Origin: Eledone cirrhosa
Lineage: Eukaryota
DNA: 64,000 nt
Assembly: GCA_964016885.1 (NCBI GenBank)
Contig: OZ024740.1
Span: 215,512,001-215,576,000, forward strand
Reading direction: 5' to 3'
The position numbers and the translations under genes were made by a program. Under the pieces are notes generated by a model. That model saw only the letters and a program-made list of their open reading frames with translations. It ran no database searches and was not told the DNA's origin. Below are positions 14,585-27,599 of the stretch, in pieces (positions within the stretch are counted from its first letter, which is position 1; each line of letters begins with the position of its first letter).

Positions 14585-14778
14585 TAGCTCCAGATCATCC
14601 TCCAAGTAAGCAGCAGGCGTCTATAACCAAAGAGGATAATGTACTGAACGCTGTTCAGGCAAAACTTCTGAATGTTTTAAATGTTGTAGTGAATGGTGTG
14701 TGAATAAGAGGCAACCTTTTGCTTCAAAGTTCCACGTGAAAATCTGCTTGCTTTCTGTACATTCAAGGTATGAATAGG

Positions 14779-14811
<33 letters not shown>

Positions 14812-14813
<2 letters not shown>

Positions 14814-15001
14814 CGGAGGAAATGTGGCAAGGAACCAGGTGGACCATAACGCACCAAAGTACTCAATACTTAGGGTAGTAGAGTGGGTAATAGGAACGAG
14901 TAGGACCCCGACGGCTGAGCTCAAGCCGTTTCGACGGCTAATTCTAGTCCAGAATTAGCCGTCGAAACGGCTTGAGCTCAGCCGTCGGGGTCCCACTCGT
15001 T

Positions 15002-15006
<5 letters not shown>
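14812..15006 (-). mobile_element. Short PLE-like terminal-repeat element in (TA)n with about 56-bp-arm fold-back hairpin containing a half hammerhead
   Basis: Arms 14890-14945 / 14951-15006; homologous to 28495-28697; (TA)n on both sides. Confidence 0.7.
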
Positions 15007-15069
<63 letters not shown>

Positions 15070-15525
15070 TACATCAGACAATGTCTAAGCTAAGCATAGC
15101 TGCATATTAACTCTTCCTCAAAACATTCTCTTCATAATATAGATACGTCTTCTGAAAATGTAAGATGTCTCTCTAAAGGTCTAATTTCGATTTCCAGTAG
15201 ATTCTATTACAGTTGAAGATGCAGTCATTTGTCCTTTTTATAATCACTAACGTGTCTCAAAATAATTCGTTTTGTTGCTTCGTCCATTTTACGTTTAGTG
15301 TCACAATCTCTGAGGTTTATACACCACTTTCCTATCGTTAATTCAAGATTTGGCTTCAGTATAATAAAATTATCTTTTCAGAGGAAAAAAAATTATTTTA
15401 CTTTTTAGAGAAAGAAATTAAAAGTCTATCTTCTCCTTTGTTGCTAACTGTTGTTACTTGGATTTTATTGTTTTTCTTTTCTCTAAGAAGCACATTTCAA
15501 TTCATTTAGATTTTTTACGCAAACT

Positions 15526-16187
15526 CCCATCTAGATAAATGTAATCTGACTTTTTCGAATATTAATAATAATATTCGATTCGTTTGCAATTATGCAAACA
15601 AGCCTCAATTTTATAGCCATGTCAGTAGAATGAACCCTTCATTCTTGCTCTTGTGTTGGCATGTGAACAGAACGGCAGACACTAATGTTTCTGGGTATCA
15701 CCCTTCATCAGTACAGTTCACTGTTCACCTGCCAAACTGTCAGAGCTAGTGAAAATATATGCTATTTTCAAAAATACACAGTGACTGATTTGCATATTAG
15801 CAGACTGGCTGATCAGTCAGATCTGCATATTAGCAGATCCACTGATCAGCCAGATTTGCATATCAGCAGACTGGCCAGTCAGTTTCCTGTATACGAACGA
15901 TAAATGGTCGGCTTTGCCACATTCAAATAAAAAAGAAAATGTTCGCTCTACATGGCTGAATACAATAAATGTAATCTGAGTTTTTCGAATATTAATAATA
16001 ACATTCGATTCGTTTGCAATTATGCAAACAAGCCTCAATTTTATAGCCATGTCAGTAGAATGAACCCTTCATTCTTGCTCTTGTGTTGGCATGTGAACAG
16101 AACGGCAGACACTAATGTTTCTGGGTATCACCCTTCCTCAGTACAGCTCAGTCTGCTAATATGCAAATCAGGCCCATCTAGATAAAT
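15526..16187. repeat. About 185-bp direct duplication with 23-bp inverted repeats (possible non-autonomous DNA transposon)
   Basis: 15535-15718 repeated at about 15966-16149; CTGATTTGCATATTAGCAGACTG at about 15785 and its reverse complement at 16149-16171. Confidence 0.55.
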
Positions 16188-16693
16188 TACCTAAATACAC
16201 GCTGTTGGCCCATTTGAGTTATTTCCCTTAGCTCACATGTTGTGATTATATGAATTATACTAACGCTAAATGTCCATTACTCTCTCCACTAGTAACTATT
16301 TCTGTCGACTGATCAAAATAGGTTTAGGTTGACGTCGGGTGTTAGAAGTTATTGAAATTATAACTATTTCACTCTCTCTCTCCTTCTCTCTTTACCTCCG
16401 CCTCTCTCTTTACGTCCCCTCTCTCTCTCCCTCTCTTCTTACCTCCCACTCTCTCTTTACATCACCTCTCTCTCCCCATCTCCTTACGCCCTCTCTCTTT
16501 ACATCACCTCTCTCTCCCTCTCCCCTTACCCCCCTTACCCGCCCCTCTCTCTCCTGACCTCCCCCCTCTCATTAACTCCCCTCTTTCCTTCTCCTTCTCC
16601 CTCTCTCCCCCCGATCCCTCTGGGGAAGGCAACAGAGAAAGAGATAAAGACACAGATAGATAGATAGAGAGAAAGAGATCGAGAGAGAGAGAG

Positions 16694-16749
<56 letters not shown>

Positions 16750-17034
16750 GCAGCCTCAATAACTGCCCGGCTAAGCCTTTTTATTGTTGTGAGATTAGAG
16801 TCCTCGGCAGGATTAGTGAAATTCATGAAGTATCTAAGATATAATTTATATATTGTAGACGACCAAATATGGTAACTGTAGTTATTACAGATATCTCTCT
16901 GTCGTATTCTCTATTGTCTTTTACTTCTATGTTGTGGAGGATCTGAAGGTCTTGTAAATTCTAGTATATTGTCTTCTCACCTCCTCTCTCTCTCTTTCTG
17001 CATCTCTATCTCTCTCGCTCTCTCTGCCTTTCTA

Positions 17035-17067
<33 letters not shown>

Positions 17068-17114
17068 ACCACTCTATCTTTATCTCTCTCTCTTTCTCTA
17101 TATATATATCCCCC

Positions 17115-17183
<69 letters not shown>

Positions 17184-17214
17184 CTCCCTCCCCCATCTCT
17201 ATCTATCTCTCTAT

Positions 17215-17254
<40 letters not shown>

Positions 17255-17305
17255 TCCTTTCTCTTTTTCTATCTTTCCCTGTCTCTCCCTATATCTCTCT
17301 GTCTG

Positions 17306-17373
<68 letters not shown>

Positions 17374-18263
17374 ACACACACACACACACAGACTCTCTCT
17401 TTATTTTTCCCTCTCGGTGTATGAGTGTGTGTGAATGTGATGATGTCTATGAATGAAGTTCTGTGTATGATTTGAGGAGATACGGGAAGAATGTCCTTGT
17501 AGAAATAGGTTAAAATGAATGGCTGACAGAACGGATCTCTATTTATATATGACGGTTAATCGGTGATTAAGGAGAACACACGCAATACATTACTGATATT
17601 ACAAAATATATAGCAATATCATTATAATAAGTTAATACATTATTTACAGAGATATTCTTCATCATTTTCCGTATTTTTCTTCAATTTTCTTTGCTCTATT
17701 ATGTTAATAATGTTTTTTTTTCCGTCGGTGCAGTGAAATAACAATGGCCGCCATACTTTTACCTTTGTCGGATGTTGGCAAGTTTTATTGTTGATATTGT
17801 CGTTGTTGATAATGCTATATAAAATAAGTGGAATGGAAGATATGATAGAGTGCTGGACTAAATGATTTCTGGTTTATACTCAGATTCCATCACGTTTTGG
17901 ATTCAATTGTTTAGACGGGATTACTTTCCGTTTCATCCATCCTGAGACGATAAAATTAACACCTTTAAATTACTGGGAGTCACGTAATAGATTACGTATA
18001 ACCTTCAAATTCGTTAGATATCAATATGGGTTTCGTCGTAATGGCTGCAAACTGGTCACTGACACAGTTAAATGGTTCAAATGATTTACCCACGCAGTAA
18101 TTAATACACAGGGTACGATGAGATTGGTCCTTTGAATTTCGGAGAGAATTCACATTTGGCAGCTGGGAGGATTGGGGTAACAGGAAATAAAGTAGCTTAC
18201 TGAAGGACACAACGTGCTGTCTGGTTAAGGAACTCTGTCTGTCAGTCTCTCTCTCTCTCTGAG

Positions 18264-18379
<116 letters not shown>

Positions 18380-18711
18380 CATGATCTTTCTTTCTCACAT
18401 CCCATTCACAGCGAAAGGTCTGTTTGCTAAGCGCTCATGAATTCACCCAGCTTACGCTAATCGAATAACCATGTTGCTTGTTTTCTTCCCATCTTCGGTT
18501 AGCCTTTCTTCGATGTTGTTTACTTGTCTCACTCGCTTTACGCGTTTCACTTGTCCCAATAGCTTATTTTAGTTATTGCTCGCACCAACGTGAGGTATAT
18601 GATTTTTAATGCGATGAAATACCAATGATCGTTGGCAAATCACTGATGAGGGACTAATTTTATAATATGTAATCCATGTGCAACCATGCAGTATTCTTCT
18701 CCCCATATTTT

Positions 18712-18773
<62 letters not shown>

Positions 18774-19099
18774 ACAGGGAGAAAGAGACGATTATTAGGA
18801 AGAAAACTTTTTTTTTTCCTTTCTTATTTCTCTCTATCTTTTTTTCTGGGTTAGAAAATGATTAAAACGAAATTTTTTACTTTGTGTGAAGAGTTAAGGT
18901 ATTAGTTGATTTATTTATTATTTAACAATGGCATTTATTTATCTATTTACCTATTTAATAATTGTCTATTACCGGTTTCAGCATTTTTATGCATTATCAA
19001 ATGATAGTGATATGTATTAGTGTAGAATGGTGGTGTCTCACATGTTAAAGAGAAGGTGCAGAAAGAATAATGTTATTTACAAACAAGGTTTATGAAGTG

Positions 19100-19280
19100 A
19101 AAAGAAAAAAGAAAAAAGAAAAAAGAAAAAAGAAAAAAGAAAAAAGAAAAAAGAAAAAAGAAAAAAGAAAAAAGAAAAAAGAAAAAAGAAAAAAGAAAAA
19201 AGAAAAAAGAAAAAAGAAAAAATAAAAAAGAAAAAAGAAAAAAGAAAAAAGAAAAAAGAAAAAAGAAAAAAGAAAAAAAA
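19100..19280. repeat. (GAAAAAA)n heptanucleotide repeat
   Basis: Seen directly in sequence. Confidence 0.95.
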
Positions 19281-19545
19281 CGGGCGTAATGTAGAGCATA
19301 AAAAGTCAATGTGAAAGAAAAAATAATGTTATTTACAGGCATAGCTCTTGAAGTTAAGCAGATCAAAATGTGTTAATATAGCAAGAGCGCTTAGTTGATC
19401 CATGATTCCATGGTGGAGGCAAATGGTGGACTGAGGTTTGATATGATTTCCCTTTTTAGAGAGTTAATATGCAGGGGGAGGCAATTCTTGCTGGATGATA
19501 TTTAATTTATTTAAGAAAAAGGATTAGGTAGGGTGTGATACATCT

Positions 19546-19634
<89 letters not shown>

Positions 19635-19862
19635 TTTGATTTGTCCAGGTGTATTTTTCTCAACCTGTTAGTTCTATCGTTACTTTGGTATATTATTGTG
19701 TGTTAGATTTTGCCTACCACAATGTTCGATTTGTCAAGCTATTTAAATGTATGTTATTACTCTAAGGACCTACTTTATCGAGTGCTTTGCTAACTCATCA
19801 TTTCATATAAGTAGGCCGAATTTGCTTGCAAACCGCCAGCGATTCGATTTTACTAAATTTCC

Positions 19863-19932
<70 letters not shown>

Positions 19933-19975
19933 ATGTGTGTGTAAGAATATTTTCGAAACAGCGAGTTGGTTTGAA

Positions 19976-20205
19976 ATTATTAGAAATGTAAACTATCGCC
20001 GTATTTTGACTAAAGAAATTAAAGAAATTATTTACCCTGATAGTGGGGTTAAGAACCCTCGGAGAAATGGAAAAAGATGGGTATTGACGTACATGTACGT
20101 CAATACCCATCTTTTTCCATTTCTCCGAGGGTTCTTAACCCCACTATCAGGGTAAATAATTTCTTTAATTTCTTTAGTCAAAATACGGCGATAGTTTACA
20201 TTTCT

Positions 20206-20211
<6 letters not shown>
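19976..20211. repeat. 236-bp loop-less palindrome next to (TA)n
   Basis: 118-bp arms centred on GACGTACA|TGTACGTC (20093/20094); the same peptide appears on both strands in the ORF track. Confidence 0.95.
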
Positions 20212-20240
<29 letters not shown>

Positions 20241-20365
20241 TGTATGTATAGTATATTTGGCAATATACTGTATGTTTAATTAAAAACATTTAGAAGACCA
20301 GTCGCTATCAATTTTAAAGTAATGACTATGTCACTTACTTATATTTTCGGCAAAGGCTGGGAGAA

Positions 20366-20408
20366 TGGCTGACAGCTGTTTCTCGCTGCTTGGCGTTTAT
20401 CAAAGCCA
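20366..20408 (-). ncRNA. Degenerate minimal hammerhead ribozyme motif
   Basis: Minus strand TGGCT-TTGATAA-ACGCcaagcaGCGA-GAAA-CAGCTG-TC-AGCCA; outer inverted repeat 20343-20357 / 20420-20434. Confidence 0.6.
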
Positions 20409-20662
20409 CGCACTCACCTGCCTTTGCCGAAAATTATGGAAACGTTACCGGACTGACCAATATAGTTCTCTTTGTAACCGAGACTCCTTCACACCTTCAC
20501 ACTCAAAGTTATGGGACTGACCAATATAATTCTGACAGATAATATTATAATTATATTTTTGGATCCAAGTTATATACTTTATTAATTTATAATTCCGTAC
20601 ACTTCCAAAGACATTCATTTGTATTATATATATATATATATATACCTCTCTGTTTGCCTGTT

Positions 20663-20721
<59 letters not shown>

Positions 20722-20758
20722 TATATATATATATATATATAGTTTTATACATATGTAG

Positions 20759-20800
<42 letters not shown>

Positions 20801-20884
20801 TTTTACTCGATCGACTTTCGTCAAATCGGACCGAGGAAACAATGTTTCCGTTGGTCTTTCCAATTGCTAATACTATCTATCGGT

Positions 20885-21019
20885 CGCAACTCCAGGTAGA
20901 AGGAGCAACGTGAAATAAAGTGTCTTGCTCAAGGACATAACGCATCGCCTGGTCCAGGAATCGAACTCACAACCTCAAGATTGTGAATCCAATTCTCTAA
21001 CCACTCAGCCACACGCCTT

Positions 21020-21021
<2 letters not shown>
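20885..21021 (-). mobile_element. tRNA-derived SINE 5' portion (Pol III A and B boxes)
   Basis: Minus strand TGGCTGAGTGG (A box), GTTCGATTCC (B box), then GTCCTTGAGCAAGACACT core. Confidence 0.8.
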
Positions 21022-21061
<40 letters not shown>

Positions 21062-21403
21062 TGCATATACATATATATATATATACATATATATTTATAC
21101 ATATATATATATACACACACACACATAAATGACTATAATATACCAGTATAGGTAGCCAGCCAGACACTCCAAAATAGATGGTTATTTCAATTGTAACCTT
21201 TTCATAAATATTTCATATAATCATAAAATCCGACACTTCCTGCCTGTCTTTCCTCCTCAGGACAGTCTTTCTCACTATTACTGCTGGAATTATGGACAAA
21301 ACAACCAATCAAATAACTTTAAATTGTTTCATTTAGTTCATATTATATATATTTAGATTTATATATTAACAACTTTACACACACACATAACTGTGCGTGT
21401 GTA

Positions 21404-21435
<32 letters not shown>

Positions 21436-21534
21436 GCATATATATAAGTATATGTATGTATGAATGTATGTATGTATGTATGTATGTATGTATGTACCTG
21501 AAATAAAGCCCCTTGTTTGTTTTTTTTTTCAAAA

Positions 21535-21985
21535 AAATTTATAAATTTCCGGTTGGTTGGTTGGTTCCACACTCGGACGGTTGTTCATATATTATCAAAG
21601 TTCTTTCGTCACACATTCTTTGACCTCTTCAGTGACTGGGGATTCTTTTCTTTGTTTTGTGCCTCTCCTTTGTTCTGTCCTACGCCATCTTGTTTTTGGC
21701 GTAGGACAGAACAAAGGAGAGGCACAAAAACAAAGAAAAGAATCCCCAGTCACTGAAGAGGTCACAGAATGTGTGACGAAAGAACTTTGACAATATATGA
21801 ACAATCGTCTGGTTGTGGAACCAACCAACCAACCGGAAATTTATAAATTTAATTTATAATAAATTGAAGTGAAAACAACTGGTGCGTGTGTTTCTTATTG
21901 GCAACATGACCCTCCCAAAGTATAACAATATCGGTCTCAACACACGTTTTCAAATAAAGAATCTTGCTAAACAAATTTAGAAACG

Positions 21986-21988
<3 letters not shown>
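21535..21988 (+). mobile_element. PLE-like terminal repeat with about 153-bp-arm 5' inverted duplication and hammerhead motif, ending in (TA)n
   Basis: Arms 21535-21687 / 21697-21850; GTCA-CTGAAGA-GGTCACAgaatgTGTGAC-GAAA-GAAC-TT-TGAC at 21749-21791. Confidence 0.75.
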
Positions 21989-22039
<51 letters not shown>

Positions 22040-22427
22040 TATATATGATGTATATATGATGTATATTTGGAGAGATATTTCCTTCCTGGTATGAGGTGAA
22101 TAGGAGAGAGAGAGAGTGAAAGGTTTGTATTGTAAAAGAGAGAGATGGAGAAGTTGTGAGGTAAATATAAATAATTGTTTCTACGTTAGGCACAAGGCCA
22201 GCAATTACCCAGTGCATTACTGGTACTTTATTTTATCGACCCCGTAAGGTAAATAGAATAATGACGTCCAGGAAGTTAACTGAGGTGGCGGAGACAGACG
22301 GGAATTCGGCAGAATAGTGGAAGGTGTTAATGAAGAGCGTGGAGGAAATGTAGCTTTTCTAAGGTAAGGAACGAGGTCCAGGTAATGACTGAACCCAATC
22401 CACAACCACTATACTGCGGACCTTCAT

Positions 22428-22462
22428 ATATACACGCACATGCACACACACACATACACTCA

Positions 22463-22514
<52 letters not shown>

Positions 22515-22752
22515 CATATATACATATACACACACACCTGCACATATATACAGACTCACGCACGTGCACACATGCACACATGCACACACACAAACACACA
22601 CTCAAACACACACACACACACATACACACGCATGCACACATACACACAAACACACATATACATATGCAAACATACTTACACACACTCACAAACACACATA
22701 TACAAACACAAACACACACACATACACACACATACAAAAACACACATATATA
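22428..22752. repeat. (CA)n/(TA)n compound microsatellite
   Basis: Seen directly in sequence. Confidence 0.9.
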
Positions 22753-22915
22753 GATATAGATCAGGATTATACCAGTTTTAAACTAGCAAGACCATAATTC
22801 GACAGAGTACTCGATACTTTGTATAGAAGAGGAAATTGTTGCTGTCGAAGCGACAAGAGCTCAGCCGTCGGGCCATGACCCCCCTCTCTCTCGCCCTCTC
22901 TCTCTCCCTCTCTTC

Positions 22916-22953
<38 letters not shown>

Positions 22954-23144
22954 GATAGCTCTCCGTGTGTGTGTGTGTGCGCGTATGCGTGTGTATGTGT
23001 GCATGCACACATACATATATATATATATAAAATTATATATATACATATATATATATATATACTCGTGTAGGACACCTCGGTTATTTTTCATTTTGTAAAA
23101 AAAACCTCACTTTCTAATATATACCCACCACACGAAGACCGAAA

Positions 23145-24347
23145 ATGCCACCAAAGTCTCAACAAAACAACAACTCACTGAACCAGGACATCTTAAATGA
23201 ACTGAAAGAGATTTCCTCTAAACTCTCAATTTTGACCAACAAAGTGGACCAAATACACATCTATAAAAAAGGACCCCACGAAGAAACAGAAAATACCCAA
23301 GAGACGAATATTACTCCAGTATTAACTAAGCTAATCGAAACCATTGAAACAGCAATGCTCCAAAAGCTTGAACAACCGTTAGAACCCAATCTACGAGATG
23401 TCCACTCAGTGAAAAACACCCTAATCAACATATGGACTCAAAAGCTCACAGCCCGCAAATTCGCCCTTTGGAATCTCCTAAAAAATAATGGCAAGGCAGA
23501 CATATATGAAAAGTGGCTAAACTCTACCCCAATCATCCTCCCCAAAAAACTCCAAATAAAACCCATCCCGAATGAACCAGAAAACCAACAAAGACTTAGG
23601 GAAAAGATGGCATTGGAAAAATTTAAAACAGAAATAGAACTGTTGCGATTAAGAGCCAACTCCAACGAAGAAAAATTCAAGTCACTCGACCAACAGATGG
23701 ACACAGAAATCTCAAAGCACTCTGAAGGCCTACTCTACAAAAAAACCCTAAAACTTTGGAAAGAAAACTGTGAGGATGAAGAACTCACATCCCTCCAGCG
23801 ATGGGAAAAAAACGCCACCTGGTTCAACAACTACGAAATGGACTTCAAAAATGAACAACATACAGGTAACCCATTTTTAAAACAAACTAAAACTCACACA
23901 CCACATGCACAACAAATAACAAAAAAAGTAACAAAACGTCCAACATACCCCCAGCAAAACTATAACGATAATCCCAGGAACCATAGACAAAACTATAACC
24001 CTACTAACAAAAACCAAAGATCCCCGAACACAAGGCAGGATCTGATCCGCAGATCACAACCCACACAAAACCTATTCCAAAACCGTAGACCCCTGCCCAC
24101 ACAGAGCCTGTTCCAAAACCAAAGATCCCAACCCACACAAAGGAACCAAATCTACAACCCGGACTATCAACAAACCGAACCTCAATACGTCCGAAACTTC
24201 TATACAAGACCACACAACAACAGGGGAAATACCATTAGATATAATAATACCAATGAAAAAACATTCCAGAAAAATCATTTTTTAGACCAAGGCTACAGGA
24301 CTCACGACACCCGGTGGCACAAACCGATTTTGAAAAACCGAAAATAA
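23145..24347 (+). CDS. PLE ORF1 (400 aa; helical/coiled-coil-like N-half, Q/N/R-rich low-complexity C-half)
   Basis: ATG-initiated open frame 27 nt after the upstream terminal repeat; overlaps the RT ORF in the -1 frame. Confidence 0.75.
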   Translation: MPPKSQQNNNSLNQDILNELKEISSKLSILTNKVDQIHIYKKGPHEETENTQETNITPVLTKLIETIETAMLQKLEQPLEPNLRDVHSVKNTLINIWTQKLTARKFALWNLLKNNGKADIYEKWLNSTPIILPKKLQIKPIPNEPENQQRLREKMALEKFKTEIELLRLRANSNEEKFKSLDQQMDTEISKHSEGLLYKKTLKLWKENCEDEELTSLQRWEKNATWFNNYEMDFKNEQHTGNPFLKQTKTHTPHAQQITKKVTKRPTYPQQNYNDNPRNHRQNYNPTNKNQRSPNTRQDLIRRSQPTQNLFQNRRPLPTQSLFQNQRSQPTQRNQIYNPDYQQTEPQYVRNFYTRPHNNRGNTIRYNNTNEKTFQKNHFLDQGYRTHDTRWHKPILKNRK

Positions 24348-26584
24348 TTAACATTTCAAATACAAACCTTTCAGCCCAACAAGTAAAAATTCTCTCCAAA
24401 GGTCTGAAATTCACACCAACACCACAATATCCTAACCCCAACGAGATAAATGACGATATCTCACACTTCCGTAGAAAATTACGTCTCACAGAGGAATTCT
24501 TTAACAAGGAGAATAACGACGAATCAATTGTACGGAATAAAAGCAGCTACAACCCAACAAAAGGTAGAAACAGAGTTCTGGACAAATTTTGTGACCACAT
24601 AGCTACCTTCCCATACCATGAACTACCGCAACCTAAACCCAAACCCAACACAAGTCGAAGGGAATGGGAGATTATCCATGAACTAAAAAACAATACGGAC
24701 ATTGTAATTAAGGAAGCCGACAAGGGAAGTACTGTTGTCATTATGGAGGCTGAAAAATATAAAAATTCTATGTTCTCTCTCTTACAAAATACTAATTACT
24801 ATGAAAGAGTAAAAAACTACCAGCAATCAAAAATAATGACCAAATTAAACACACTGATTTATCGATACCAGGAAGACCTAACTAAAAAGGAACGCGATTA
24901 TTTAACAAATTTTGAATACAAAACCAGCAACCTTTACGGACTTCCGAAGATCCATAAATGTAAAATAATGAACGATGCCTGTAAACAATCCACCTCAGCC
25001 TGCGTGAACACACAATACCCCACAGACCTTAAATTAAGACCAATTGTAGCGGGCCCACAATGTGAAACACACAGATTGAGCAACTTTATAGACATACTAC
25101 TGAAACCAATACTGAAACACATACCAAGCCTTGTAAGAGACGATCTGGACCTCTTAAACCACCTCCCCAAACATGTCAACAACGACACTATTATTGTGTC
25201 TTTCGATGTAGTGAATCTCTACACAACGATCCCACACCAATACGGACTAGAAGCAATAGGATTCTGGCTAGAGAAATATCCCAATGAGATACCTGACAGA
25301 ATAGAAAAAAGCTTCATCACCGAGGGATTAAAATTCATCCTACAGAACAACTTTTTTGATTTCGATGGCAATACTTACAAGCAAATATCGGGGACTGCGA
25401 TGGGCACAAAAGCCGCTCCAACTTATGCCAACTTAGTCATGGCATACTTAGAAGTCCAGATATATGAACAGTCCAAATCAAAATACGGATTGAACTTCCA
25501 CAAATATTTATCAGAGAATTGGAAACGCTACTTGGATGATTGCCTCATTCTTTGGTCCCACACACTCGACCAACTGAAGGATTTCAAAAACTTAATAAAC
25601 GGCATCAATAACCACATCCAATTCACAATGGAATACAGCCAAGATCAACTCCCATTTCTGGACATCTTAATCACAAAAAAAGACGCAAATATCGAAACTG
25701 ACATACACTACAAACCAACAGATTCCAAACAATATCTGCTATTCACCTCCAATCATCCAAAGCACACGAAGACGAACATTCCTTTTAACCTAGCAAGAAG
25801 AATTTGCACAATTGTCTCCAATTATGAAACGCGAAATAAAAGACTTCAAGAATTAAAGGAAATTCTACTTGAGAGAGAGTACCCACTATTACTAATAAAT
25901 AATGGAATAGAAAAGGCTAAAGCAATAGGCATTGATGAATTACGGAAACAGAAACAAATTCAAGGTACGTCCAATATTCTATCATATATCTCAACACACA
26001 ACCCAAGAAATGCGGAAGCTTACATCACTATTCACAATAACATCCCACTACTAAAACAAAACCCAAGAATGAAAAAAGCCCTTGAAACACACAAAATAAT
26101 CAAAAGCAAAAGACAACCAAAATCACTGAAAACATTACTCACCAATGCCAAATTACCTACCACAAACCCACAACCAAGTATCAAAAAATGTGGTCGCTCT
26201 AATTGTGGAACCTGCACTCACCTCATTGAAGGCAATACGTATACATTTAAATAAGGACAAAATTTTACTGTAAAAAATCACTTCACTTGCTCATCAAAAA
26301 ATCTAATTTATGCCATTAAATGTAAAGGATGCAATGAAGATTATATAGGACAAACTAAACTCACACTCAGAAACAGAATGACAGTTCATCGCCAACAATT
26401 ACGAGATCCAACCACGAGACAGATACCACTAAGTGCACATCTAGACATTTGCGCAAGTAATAAGACACCCAAATTCCAAGTCTTCCCATTTTACCTTTGC
26501 GCTAACAATACAACAGAACAAATGCGAATAAATAAGGAAAATATGTTTATTCAAAAATATAGACCAACATTAAATAAGGTTTAA
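24314..26584 (+). CDS. Penelope-type reverse transcriptase + GIY-YIG endonuclease, one in-frame TAA at 26252-26254
   Basis: LSKGLKFTPTP, ADKG, YGLPKIHK, LRPIV, SFDVVNLYT, GTAMG, RYLDD, LPFLD; CGRSNCGTC linker; after the stop, same frame LIYAIKCKGCNEDYIGQT...RMTVH. Confidence 0.93.
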
Positions 26585-27599
26585 TATACATTATGTCAAC
26601 ACCACAATATGACATACACACACACACATAACACCTTCTACTTTAGAAAATAAAAACCCGAACTAAATAAACCTTAACATACGTTTGCACTGGCAATACA
26701 ACAGCAAACACGAAAAAGTCAGGAAAATATGTTCATTCAAAAATATTCCTACTAAAGGAATCACTTTCCTACATACACACATACACACATACACACACAA
26801 TATATATATATATTCTCTTCATCTTAACATGCTAACCATACTCCCACACACATAACACCCATACACACACATAACAACCCCCACACCTACAACTCCCTCC
26901 CCATTTCTACTAATAGAACCACTTTCCTACACATATATATATACACACACACAAAATATATATTCTCTCCACCTTAACATACACGCACACACACACATAA
27001 CACCCATATACACACACACACAACTCCCTCCCCCATCTCTACTAATAGAATCATCTTCCAATACACACACACACACACACACATACACACACACAAGCAC
27101 ACAAATAAACACATATCTTCAGTCTCAATAGAAAATCTGAACTCTGACACCCCGGCGAGCTGGCCATATTCACTGAACCAGAACATTTCTCCCAATCCCT
27201 TTTCCCTTGACCACTATCTCTCCATTGTCATAACATTCACTATAAAGACTACAGAATAGTTTTCCAAATAAGGGCGCAAAAATGTAATGAAAACTTGTTC
27301 ACGTGACAGCCAAATTTCATTTATAACCAACCAAAAAAAAGCCTTCGTGAGCCTCCTTTTTTCAAGTAAAAAGAAATTCAAACACTCATATATGAAAAAA
27401 CAACCTGTGACACTCCTCCTCTCTTATTTGAAAAACTATTGTAACGCGAACTGGCGCGAAATTTATTATAATTATTGACAAACCAATCAAATTACTTCTC
27501 GAAAAACCTGGCTTTCGAGCCACTTTTTCCATATAAAACAAGTAACATTCAGAGACCAACCAGATGTGAGAAAAACCACAGACCCTCCATCTCAACTCA

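Noticed and set aside
20032-20085. Hammerhead inside the 236-bp palindrome (CTGATAG...GAAA)
   Set aside because: Core and stem III deviate too much to call
20940-21021. tRNA gene
   Set aside because: A and B boxes run into a SINE core and no complete cloverleaf is evident
26252-26254. Selenocysteine or readthrough codon between RT and GIY-YIG
   Set aside because: The codon is TAA, not TGA; most simply a copy-specific nonsense mutation
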